This document shows positions 28,935 to 36,624 of a stretch of 57,397 nucleotides of DNA, piece by piece. Origin of the DNA: Candidatus Nomurabacteria bacterium (lineage in GTDB: Bacteria; Patescibacteriota; Minisyncoccia; Phycocordibacterales; UBA5272); contig DOZK01000020.1 in NCBI GenBank assembly GCA_003518045.1, positions 19,292 to 76,688 of the forward strand. Reading direction: 5' to 3'. A program made the translations under genes and the position numbers. Numbering within the stretch: the first letter of the stretch is position 1; each line of letters starts with the position of its first letter. A model generated the notes under the pieces. The model had not been told where the DNA came from. It did not search any database and saw only the letters and a program-made list of their open reading frames with translations.

Positions 28935-28993
28935 ACTAGTTAGGGGTTAGAAGTTAGGAGTTAGAAGTTTTTAAATTACAAAATTTGATTTTG

Positions 28994-29133
28994 TGTCATT
29001 CCAAACTTGATTTGGAATCCAGTGTCTTTAATTTAAGTAGGCAGTAACCAGTGGGCAGTAATCAGTAATACAAATACAGACACTGGACCCGCCTTGCCCG
29101 GCGAGGCAGGCCCTGATTTTCATCAGGATGACA
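28994..29133. repeat. TGTCA multi-hairpin repeat, long variant (copy 4)
   Basis: TGTCA-[TTCCAAA cttga TTTGGAA]-TCCAGTGTC...cagtaaccagtgggcag...CAGACACTGGA-[cccgccttgcccggcgaggcagg]-[CCCTGAT tttc ATCAGGA]-TGACA. Confidence 0.8.
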
Positions 29134-29252
29134 ACAAAAACATCCGAGTTTTATAAGACAAAGCAGTGCCGTAGGCACTGCTTTTGTATTACTTTATGGA
29201 CTTTATAAACTTTACAGACTTTATGGACTTATACATGTTAAACTGAACTTCT

Positions 29253-30029
29253 ATGGAAAACAAATACGAATATAAAAAGTTTACTTTTATTAGTGGTTCT
29301 ATTGCTCTCATTACTATTGCATTGCTCGCATTGGTTATGAGTTTATCAGAGTGGAAATTGATGAGTCGTGGTGGGTCTAATTCCGCATCCATCACAGTTT
29401 CAGGTGAAGGGGAAATAACAGCTGCACCGGATATTGCTACTGTTAATTTCACAATACGTGAATCTGCTAAGACAGTACCTGAGGCACAAAAATTAGCTGA
29501 AGCAAAAATGGTTAAGGCTCTTGCTTCACTCACTGCATTAGGAATTGATAAAAAAGATACAAAAACAATTTCTTATACAGTAAATCCAAAGTATGAAAAT
29601 CAAATGATTTATTGTATTACTGTTCCTTGTCCAGCTGGCAAGACAGTCATAACTGGTTATGAAATAAGCGAATCAATACAAGTTAAAGTAAGAAAAATTG
29701 AAAAAGCAGGGGAGGTGCTAGGTGCATTAGGAACAATTAATATCACAGAAATAAGTGGTCCAGAATTTACAGTTGATGATATTAATAAAGCACAATCTGA
29801 TGCCAAGGTAAAAGCAATAGCTGACGCTAGAACAAAAGCAGAAGCTACAGCAAAGGCGCTTGGCGTATCATTAGGTGCAGTTATTCAATATTCCGAAGAT
29901 AATGGTGGATATTATCCAGTTGCCTATGGAATGGGTGCTATGAAAAGTCAGGCTGTGGATTCTGTCTCTGTACCAACAGGGGAGAGTGTTATAAAGGCGC
30001 GAGTGAGTGTTACGTATTCAGTGAACTAG
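29253..30029 (+). CDS. SIMPL-domain (DUF541) periplasmic/envelope protein
   Basis: N-terminal TM, then ITVSGEGEITAAPDIATVNFTI and the characteristic C-terminal V.V.Y layout. Confidence 0.8.
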   Translation: MENKYEYKKFTFISGSIALITIALLALVMSLSEWKLMSRGGSNSASITVSGEGEITAAPDIATVNFTIRESAKTVPEAQKLAEAKMVKALASLTALGIDKKDTKTISYTVNPKYENQMIYCITVPCPAGKTVITGYEISESIQVKVRKIEKAGEVLGALGTINITEISGPEFTVDDINKAQSDAKVKAIADARTKAEATAKALGVSLGAVIQYSEDNGGYYPVAYGMGAMKSQAVDSVSVPTGESVIKARVSVTYSVN

Positions 30030-30187
30030 TTAGGGGTTAGAAGTTAGGGGTTAGAGGTAAATACAGATAACAGATTTCAGATTGACGAACGAAGGTGAGG
30101 AGACACTGAGCACAGTAGTGCGAAGTGTTAGAAGTTAGGGGTTAGGAGAGAATACAGAAACCAGAAGATAAATATCAGAAAATACAC

Positions 30188-30214
30188 AAAAACGGCACCT
30201 TCGGTGCCGTTTTT
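30188..30214 (+). terminator. intrinsic terminator
   Basis: aaaAACGGCACC-ttcg-GGTGCCGTTtttg. Confidence 0.75.
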
Positions 30215-30247
30215 GTCTTGTAAAATAAGGATTTTAAGTGATTTATA

Positions 30248-30276
30248 TTGACATTTAGCTAAAAACGTGCTATTCT
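30248..30276 (+). promoter_or_regulatory. sigma70-like promoter upstream of DGR target 1
   Basis: TTGACA, a 17-nt spacer, then TATTCT. Confidence 0.5.
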
Positions 30277-30309
30277 GTATTAGATAATCGCTCTTTTACA
30301 GTTTTAGAT

Positions 30310-30376
30310 GTTTACCATAGCTTCAAGCCTTAATTCTTATTAGGTTTTTGAAAAAAAGTTTGAAGCTATGGTAAAC
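30310..30376 (+). promoter_or_regulatory. 5'-leader hairpin (17-bp perfect stem, 33-nt loop)
   Basis: gtttaccatagcttcaa ... ttgaagctatggtaaac, located between the predicted promoter and the ATG at 30438. Confidence 0.6.
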
Positions 30377-30437
30377 CGATGTTTCGGAACCCGCCAGCAA
30401 GCTACCCGTAAGGAGTAGCGCTCAATGGAGAAATTAC

Positions 30438-31082
30438 ATGAGCACAAAATCAACTGCCACGTTCCCACAAGCCGCGCATCTATTGACCTTGTTTGGTCAG
30501 AAAGATGTTAGCAAGGAACAGTTTGGTCAACTCGTTGACCTTGGACTGCTTTCTGACTTGCTTGATTCCGACCCGACGAAGGTCGACCGCGACAAGTTTC
30601 GGGATGTGCTTGGTCTCAAAATCACAGTGACACCTGTTGCTGAATTGGTGAGTTCAATCATCACCGTTGACCGTTCTGTTTGCCCATCGTACCCCGATTG
30701 GGTGACAAAGGTTATTTACCCGCAATTTGTGGGTATGGGCCCAGTGGGTTACGATGTAACCACACTCAAGCAGTGGCTACATGACGATCAGAAATCTGGT
30801 GTCGTGGCTGGCAACCTGATTCATGAATACCTGAAGAGCAACAAAATGCTTGAAGGGTGTCTCGGTCTTCGTGACCTGGAAGAAATACAGAAGAAGGGTA
30901 TCGCCTTTTTCCGGAAATATTTCCAGGGCAAGGCCGTCTTCGGATGGAAGTCTGTCGTACGGGACTCGAATGGCGACCTGCGTGTGCCGTGTCTGGTCGA
31001 GGACGGTGGTGAGGTTCTTCTGAACTGGCGCTGGCTTGTCTTTGACTGGTTCTCCAATAACCCCGCGCTTCGTTTCGTTTGA
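30438..31082 (+). CDS. DGR target protein 1 (variable C-terminus)
   Basis: 214 aa and visibly GC-rich. The C-terminal 41 aa (VVRDSNGDLRVPCLVEDGGEVLLNWRWLVFDWFSNNPALRFV) are encoded by VR1. The terminal ..RF.-type ending resembles CLec-fold DGR targets. Confidence 0.8.
   Translation: MSTKSTATFPQAAHLLTLFGQKDVSKEQFGQLVDLGLLSDLLDSDPTKVDRDKFRDVLGLKITVTPVAELVSSIITVDRSVCPSYPDWVTKVIYPQFVGMGPVGYDVTTLKQWLHDDQKSGVVAGNLIHEYLKSNKMLEGCLGLRDLEEIQKKGIAFFRKYFQGKAVFGWKSVVRDSNGDLRVPCLVEDGGEVLLNWRWLVFDWFSNNPALRFV
30955..31077 (+). repeat. DGR variable repeat VR1
   Basis: Gap-free 123-nt alignment to 31400-31522 with 17 mismatches, all opposite adenines of the TR copy. Confidence 0.85.
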
Positions 31083-31132
31083 ACTTCGGGCTTGGTCACT
31101 TTGTTTTTTAGACACTTTGACCTTAACCCTTT

Positions 31133-31170
31133 GTCCCGCACCTAGTGATAGTGTGCGGGACTTTTGTTTT
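31133..31170 (+). terminator. hairpin/terminator just 3' of VR1
   Basis: GTCCCGCAC-ctagtgatagt-GTGCGGGAC followed by ttttgtttt. Confidence 0.65.
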
Positions 31171-31177
31171 GTATACT

Positions 31178-31573
31178 AAAACCGAGAGTAGATAATGAAT
31201 GCATGATTATGGTTATGCATCATCGAAATCAGTATCCATATGTCCAGAATATTTAAGATTATAGTTTTAAATAGCGTGGCGTATGTAGACACTTCAAAAA
31301 TGAAGTTACTTGGTATGGTGTGCTAGACATTGTTATGTCAAATAAAATTCAGCCCTGAGATTTTTCAAGGGGTGGTGATATAGATGGCATATTATATAAT
31401 CGTACGGAACTCGAATGGCAACCTGAATGTGCCGTATCTGATCGAGAACGATGGTAAGGTTATTCTGAACTGGAACTGGCTTGACAATGACTGGAACTCC
31501 AATAACCCCGCGCTTCGTTTCGCAACTTATTTCATTTCTAAATGCCAACATTTTATGTTGGCATTTAGTTTTT
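31178..31573 (+). ncRNA. putative stand-alone DGR template RNA 1 (leader + TR1 + terminator)
   Basis: TATACT box at 31172-31177. A 51-nt leader (31184-31234) is 43/51 identical to 49820-49870. TR1 follows, then the terminator CTAAATGCCAACA-tttta-TGTTGGCATTTAG plus a T-run (31538-31573). Confidence 0.5.
31400..31522 (+). repeat. DGR template repeat TR1
   Basis: Asn-codon-rich (AAC/AAT) in the VR frame (RNSNGNLNVPYLIENDGKVILNWNWLDNDWNSNNPALRF). It is the adenine-bearing partner of VR1. Confidence 0.85.
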
Positions 31574-31760
31574 CTTTTCTGCTTGTTGTTTTGTTAATTG
31601 CCCATTCCATCCACCTAGCATTTTACCTATTTCGTTTGTTTTCTCAGAAAGAGAAATATATTTTTTGGTATCGAGTGATTTTGTTTCAAATAAAATTAGT
31701 ATAAGAATATTAAACGTATCTAGCTTTCGAATCGCTATACGAACAAAGGTAATAAAGATA
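31565..31760 (-). pseudogene. truncated avd (accessory variability determinant) remnant
   Basis: The minus-strand frame reads ...RIAIRKLDTFNILILILFETKSLDTKKYISLSEKTNEIGKMLGGWNGQLTKQQAEKKN*. This aligns to the C-terminal half of the Avd at 50330-50725. There is no N-terminal half and no start codon. Confidence 0.7.
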
Positions 31761-31837
31761 ATGAAAAATCCGCTGTGTTTGAAGCAGCGGTTTTTTGTTT
31801 TCAGCTTAGACTTAGTCGAAGTCCAGAGGCTCTCATG

Positions 31838-32242
31838 TCATACTTTGCCCGCAATGAATTGCTTAACCAGTAGAGGAATTTCTTCCAAAGTTTCATACCT
31901 GGCGAAGGTGTAGCATGGTTCGTTGATTCCAAGCACTAACCGTGTTACAAGGGCATTTGTTTGAGCAAGTGCGAGTGTTGGTTTGCCGTTTTTTTCAACA
32001 GCAGTACTCAACTCGTATCCAAGTCCGGTCGACGGGTGGTCCACAAGGGCGATAAAGACATCACACTTTGCAACACAGTTGTGTATGTCCCAAACATAGA
32101 CATCTTCGGCCGTCCCGGCAACTAACCCAAGGAAGTCGAACACGAAATGTCCGTCCTCCCTGAGAGCTATTTTTAGGATATCCACAGCCCGCTTAAATTC
32201 CTCTGAAGCATGCGTCAGTGCGCAGCCAACATAGATCTTCAT
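31838..32242 (-). CDS. nucleoside 2-deoxyribosyltransferase-like protein
   Basis: 134 aa and GC-rich. MKIYVGCAL...CDVFIALVDHPSTGLGYELSTAVEKNGKPTLAL fits the iYlAGp...cD.vva.ld....d.Gt..E.G.A...gKP pattern. Confidence 0.5.
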   Translation of the reverse strand: MKIYVGCALTHASEEFKRAVDILKIALREDGHFVFDFLGLVAGTAEDVYVWDIHNCVAKCDVFIALVDHPSTGLGYELSTAVEKNGKPTLALAQTNALVTRLVLGINEPCYTFARYETLEEIPLLVKQFIAGKV

Positions 32243-32355
32243 GGAAAAACTCCTCAGGTTGGTAGCGTCCGGAGACGTAAACAGGGTTATCGAACGAGTC
32301 CATATTTACTCTAAAGTATTTATTATAAAGTGTCAATGCTTATTATTTTTAGGTA

Positions 32356-32384
32356 TTGACTTGTTATCTTAATTCCTGTAATAT
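32356..32384 (+). promoter_or_regulatory. sigma70-like promoter for secE-nusG
   Basis: TTGACT, a 17-nt spacer, then TAATAT. Confidence 0.5.
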
Positions 32385-32471
32385 ACAAAGTAACAAATGC
32401 CCGCGGGGGTGTTTTTTAGAATAAAGGTTATAAGTGCGTAACAAATTAACCGAAATTAAACTAATCACATT

Positions 32472-32654
32472 ATGAATCTATTAAATTATTTTAAGGAGAC
32501 AAAAGCAGAACTTAAAGAAGTTACTTTTCCTAAAACTTCACAAACAGTAACTTATACAATACTCGTTGTTGTTATTTCTATTGTAGTTGCTCTAGTGTTA
32601 GGAGGAGTAGATCTTGGTTTCAAAACAATATTAGCAAAGCTTCTCGCCCGCTAG
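32472..32654 (+). CDS. secE: preprotein translocase subunit SecE
   Basis: 60 aa. The E.K.ELKKVTFP-like N-terminus plus a single TM, sitting immediately upstream of nusG. Confidence 0.8.
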   Translation: MNLLNYFKETKAELKEVTFPKTSQTVTYTILVVVISIVVALVLGGVDLGFKTILAKLLAR

Positions 32655-32723
32655 TATTGTATTTGTATTTTGTGTTTATGTATTAACTAATAACTATTAA
32701 CCAGTAACTAATAACTACCCATC

Positions 32724-33269
32724 ATGGCTAAACAAGAATTCACCGGAGAGCGTCATTGGTATGCAATCCATACATATAGTGGTTACGAAAACGCAGTACA
32801 GCGTAATTTAAAACAACGCATTGAATCTCTTCAAATGGAAGATAAAATTTTCGACGTGGTTGTACCAGTAGAAAAGAAAATTAAAGTTAAAGGAACAAAG
32901 CGTGTTGAAGTCGAAGAGAAAGTTTATCCTGGATACATTCTAGTAGACATGATTGTGGATGATAATAGTTGGTATGTTGTTCGTAATACACCCCGCGTTA
33001 CAGGATTCGTTGGCGCAGGAACAACTCCAGTTCCACTTTCTCAAAAAGAAATTGATTATCTTTTGAATAAAATGAAATCAGGCGAAGTAGAACATGAGAT
33101 TGTGGTAGAGGTAGGGGAATTAGTTTCTATTATTGATGGTCCATTTAAAGAATTCGAAGGAAAGGTAAGTGAAGTAGATAAGTCACGTGGGAAGTTGAAG
33201 GTGCTGGTGAATATGTTTGGACGAGAGACGCCCGTCGAGCTTGATTTTTTGCAGGTTAAAAAAATATAA
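32724..33269 (+). CDS. nusG: transcription termination/antitermination factor NusG
   Basis: [14 protein letters not shown]...YPGYILV...VRNTP.VTGFVG and a KOW domain ([16 protein letters not shown]). Confidence 0.92.
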   Translation: MAKQEFTGERHWYAIHTYSGYENAVQRNLKQRIESLQMEDKIFDVVVPVEKKIKVKGTKRVEVEEKVYPGYILVDMIVDDNSWYVVRNTPRVTGFVGAGTTPVPLSQKEIDYLLNKMKSGEVEHEIVVEVGELVSIIDGPFKEFEGKVSEVDKSRGKLKVLVNMFGRETPVELDFLQVKKI

Positions 33270-33446
33270 ATTACTTCATCTGCTTTGTTGCAAAGGATTT
33301 TTCCTCCCGCAACGTACCCCTAAGTACGTTTTGGTCGAAAAAATCCTTTGCGCCTCGCATCTAAAGCAATTTCTATCTTTTTAAAAATCGAGGGTTGTCA
33401 AAACCAATAAAACCTGATAGAATAAGCAAACTTTTCAAATCACATT

Positions 33447-33857
33447 ATGGCAAAGAAAATTACAAAATACGTGAAAGTTCAAATTGAGGCAGCAAAGGCA
33501 ACCCCCGCTCCTCCACTTGGTCCTGCCTTAGGTCAGGCTGGTGTTCAGATTGGGGATTTCGTTAATAAATTTAACGCAGCAACTCAAGGGAAGCAAGGAA
33601 GAATGACAGTAAAGATTTATGTTTACGAAGATCGTACTTACGATTTCGTTATCAAAACTCCTACTGCCACATCTTTAGTTATGAAGTCTGCAAATGTTGC
33701 AAAAGGTAACTCAAAAGGTGAAGCCGGAACAATTTCAAAAGAAAAAGTTCGTGAAATTGCAGAAATTAAATTGAAAGATTTAACAGCTCACACAGTTGAA
33801 CAGGCGATGAAGATTATAGAGGGGACTGCAAGAAGTATCGGAATTACCGTAAAGTAG
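33447..33857 (+). CDS. rplK: 50S ribosomal protein L11
   Basis: KVQIEAAKATPAPPLGPALGQAGVQI..F...FN and a conserved C-terminal domain. Confidence 0.95.
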   Translation: MAKKITKYVKVQIEAAKATPAPPLGPALGQAGVQIGDFVNKFNAATQGKQGRMTVKIYVYEDRTYDFVIKTPTATSLVMKSANVAKGNSKGEAGTISKEKVREIAEIKLKDLTAHTVEQAMKIIEGTARSIGITVK

Positions 33858-33889
33858 TTACAAAATCACTTAGAGGATATTTTATAAAC

Positions 33890-33914
33890 AAAAACCACCT
33901 AAAAGGTGGTTTTT
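33890..33914 (+). terminator. intrinsic terminator directly after rplK
   Basis: aAAAACCACC-taaaa-GGTGGTTTTTg. Confidence 0.8.
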
Positions 33915-33947
33915 GTTTATATTCGAGATTTTTGCTAGTATTGTTAT

Positions 33948-35051
33948 ATGTATGAAACAGGATATGGGGCGCTACCATCACAGAAATTGCGAGAATTTAT
34001 AGAAAAAGGGGATTTCAAAAATGTGGAAGAAAAAAATATTAGTCCAGCGTCTATTGATGTTACTGTCTCAGGAGAGTGGTATAGAATAGATGGAGTCTTT
34101 TTACCAAAGACCGGCGAGACTATTCCTTCACTTATAAAAAAATTACATGGTGCGCGTCACGCAATTCAAGAGCCGTTGGAACATGGCATAGTTTATATCG
34201 CACGCATCAACGAGTCTTTTGATTTACCAGAAGATATTTATGCATATTGCAATCCAAAATCCTCCACCGGACGCCATGATTTACATGTTCGCATCGTAAA
34301 AGACGGTGTCGCTAGATATGACACTTTACCAAAAGGAAGTAAAGGAGATTTGTGGGCAATAGTTGTGCCACGTTCGTATCCTGTTTTGCTTACACCTGGA
34401 TTTGCAATTAGCCAGGTAAGATTTTTTAATAAAAACACAAGATTTAAAGAGTCAGATTTAGATATTGAATGGCATAAAAAACCATTAGCATATCATTTAA
34501 ATGGTGAGCCATATTCTTATGAAAGTTTTCGTATGAAAGATTCTGATGGATCAATTTTACTTCGCCTTGATTTATCGCAAGACATTGTTGGTTATGAATG
34601 TCGAGGCTCAAATATTGTAGTTGATTTAAGTTCAACAAATAACACAATTGATTCTTCACGGCATTTTATTCCAATTAAAAAAACAGGGGACAGTATTGTT
34701 TTACGTAAAGATAGTTTTTATATTCTTTCAACAAAAGAAGCTTTAAGAGTTCCACCATACCTCGCAAGTGAAATGGTTGATATGGATTCAAGAACTGGAG
34801 AATTTCGTACTCATTATGCAGGATTTTTCGACCCAGGGTGGGGATGTGGACTAGACGGCGAAGGAAAAGGTAGACCTATAACACTCGAGATTCGTACTTT
34901 TGAAGATGTTATTATTTCTAATGGTCAACCAATTGGAAAAGTTAAATTTGAAAAGATGGCAGATATTCCAGAAGTTCATTATGACCAAAAGAATTCAAAT
35001 TATTTAATTCAATCAGGTCCAAAATTGGCGAAGCAGTTTAAAACGGATTAA
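33948..35051 (+). CDS. long-form 2'-deoxycytidine 5'-triphosphate deaminase-like protein
   Basis: 367 aa. GALPSQKLREFIEKG...ISPASIDVTVSGEWYRI..VFLP resembles the ~360-aa DCD family (G.Lp.q.i..l...g.i....iqPASlDLrLG..ayRv.aSFLP). Confidence 0.65.
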   Translation: MYETGYGALPSQKLREFIEKGDFKNVEEKNISPASIDVTVSGEWYRIDGVFLPKTGETIPSLIKKLHGARHAIQEPLEHGIVYIARINESFDLPEDIYAYCNPKSSTGRHDLHVRIVKDGVARYDTLPKGSKGDLWAIVVPRSYPVLLTPGFAISQVRFFNKNTRFKESDLDIEWHKKPLAYHLNGEPYSYESFRMKDSDGSILLRLDLSQDIVGYECRGSNIVVDLSSTNNTIDSSRHFIPIKKTGDSIVLRKDSFYILSTKEALRVPPYLASEMVDMDSRTGEFRTHYAGFFDPGWGCGLDGEGKGRPITLEIRTFEDVIISNGQPIGKVKFEKMADIPEVHYDQKNSNYLIQSGPKLAKQFKTD

Positions 35052-35053
35052 AT

Positions 35054-35539
35054 CTAGCGTGTATAAACAGTAAAATTAATCGGATAAGGATTTTCTTCTC
35101 CTTTTTCAATTTTGTTTTCCGATTCTTTCTTCCAAATAATATTATCTATTTCCGGAAAAGTTGTATCACCAACAAATTCTTCGTCAATGTGGGTTATATA
35201 TAATTTATCGACGATAGGAATGAATTGTTTGTAAATATCAGCACCACCTATTACAAAAGCTTCTTCATTTGAGTTTTTAAAAATAGAGGCAACTTCATCA
35301 ACAGAATGGAATACTTCTACTTCAGGATATGAAAATGTTTCATCACGAGTAATAACAATATTTCTTCTATTGGGAAGAGCTTTACCAATTGATAGAAAAG
35401 TTTTTCTTCCCATAATTATTGGGTGTCCACTTGTAGTAGTTCTAAAAAATTTCATATCAAGTGGAATATTCCAAAGAAGTTTATTCTCATTTCCGATTAC
35501 ATTATTTTTTGCTACGGCTGCGATAATAGATAGGGACAT
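35054..35539 (-). CDS. folA: dihydrofolate reductase
   Basis: ISIIAAVAKNNVIGNENKLLWNIPLDMKFFR..T.GHPIIMGRKTF.SIG..LPNR.NIVITR. Confidence 0.9.
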   Translation of the reverse strand: MSLSIIAAVAKNNVIGNENKLLWNIPLDMKFFRTTTSGHPIIMGRKTFLSIGKALPNRRNIVITRDETFSYPEVEVFHSVDEVASIFKNSNEEAFVIGGADIYKQFIPIVDKLYITHIDEEFVGDTTFPEIDNIIWKKESENKIEKGEENPYPINFTVYTR

Positions 35540-35540
35540 A

Positions 35541-36497
35541 TTAAACAGCGATTGGTGCTTTTATAGAATCATGAGGATTATAGTCAACCAATTCAAAATC
35601 ATTTATTGTAAAGCTCTCGATATCTTTTATATCAGGATTTATTTTCATTTCAGGCATTGAGCGTAAATCATTTCTGCGAGCAAGTTGAACATCTGCTTGT
35701 GCCAAGTGATTGTTATATAAATGAACGTCTCCACCTGTCCAAACGAATTCTCCAGGGGTAAGTCCAGTTACCTGAGCAATCATCATAGTTAGAAGTGCAT
35801 ATGAAGCAATATTAAATGGTACACCTAAAAATGTATCACAACTTCTTTGATAGAGCTGGCAAGAAAGTTTCCCGTCAGCAACATAGAATTGGAATAAACA
35901 GTGACAAGGTGGAAGACCAGCCTTTGCCATCTCGTCGATGTCTGCAACATTCCAAGCAGACACAATCATACGTCTGTCATTTGGATTCTTTTTTATTTGT
36001 TCGATAACATTTTTTAATTGATCAATGTGACCTCCATTTGGTGTTGGCCAGTTTCGCCACTGATAACCATAAATAGGGCCGAGACTCCCATACTCTTTTC
36101 TGAAATCCATATCAGTTTTTATTTTTTCTACGAAAGCTTGCATTTGTGTTTTCCATTCGTCACTATTTACAATAGGCATTGGTAAACTATTTCTTTGCAA
36201 ATATGATTTGAATGGCCACTCATCCCAAATGTGTACATTGTTTTCTGCTAAATAACCTAAATTATTATCACCACGGACAAACCATAATAATTCGTGAATA
36301 ATAGATTTGATCGGAAGTTTTTTTGTTGTTAAAAGCGGAAAGCCTTTTGATAAATCAAATCGCATTTGATGTCCAAAAATTGATAAAGTACCTGTTCCAG
36401 TACGGTCTCCTTTTTGTACCCCTTCACTCTTAATACGTTCTATAAGGTCAAGATATGTGTTATCTACGTGATATGTTTTCATGTATGAAGTATACAT
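35541..36497 (-). CDS. thyA: thymidylate synthase (ThyA)
   Basis: [48 protein letters not shown]. Confidence 0.95.
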   Translation of the reverse strand: MYTSYMKTYHVDNTYLDLIERIKSEGVQKGDRTGTGTLSIFGHQMRFDLSKGFPLLTTKKLPIKSIIHELLWFVRGDNNLGYLAENNVHIWDEWPFKSYLQRNSLPMPIVNSDEWKTQMQAFVEKIKTDMDFRKEYGSLGPIYGYQWRNWPTPNGGHIDQLKNVIEQIKKNPNDRRMIVSAWNVADIDEMAKAGLPPCHCLFQFYVADGKLSCQLYQRSCDTFLGVPFNIASYALLTMMIAQVTGLTPGEFVWTGGDVHLYNNHLAQADVQLARRNDLRSMPEMKINPDIKDIESFTINDFELVDYNPHDSIKAPIAV

Positions 36498-36624
36498 TAG
36501 GCACAGAATTAAAGGCAGTATTTACATGTTTTGAGTTATGTTGTAAAGCCAATTTATGTCTTTTTATATTATTCTTAAAACATGTTACGCTAGGAGTATA
36601 TTAATCGCTAATATCACCAATTAA

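Larger units (their letters stand above)
30438..31760 (+). mobile_element. RT-less (satellite) DGR cassette: target-VR1, TR1 RNA gene, avd remnant
   Basis: See the component features. The layout parallels 48055-50725. Confidence 0.75.

Noticed and set aside
29189-29533. 114-aa minus-strand ORF overlapping the SIMPL gene start
   Set aside because: It is antisense to or overlapping a well-supported CDS and low-complexity spacer sequence. No motifs.
30777-31141. Two overlapping minus-strand ORFs (112 and 106 aa) antisense to DGR target 1
   Set aside because: Long antisense frames are expected in a GC-rich gene. The products are Arg/Ser/Pro-rich low complexity, and the sense strand has the promoter, RBS context and VR.
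31384-31704. 106-aa plus-strand ORF (and the 72-aa minus ORF at 31333-31551)
   Set aside because: The open frame exists only because TR1 copies the reading frame of VR1. It then runs through the TR terminator and antisense to the avd remnant. It is a template repeat, not a gene.
36498-36624. Riboswitch (ZTP/THF-type) upstream of glyA or other folate genes
   Set aside because: I could not find the conserved ZTP (GGGTCGTGAC...CCGCCTGGGCA-like) or THF cores. The spacer is AT-rich with no convincing conserved structure.
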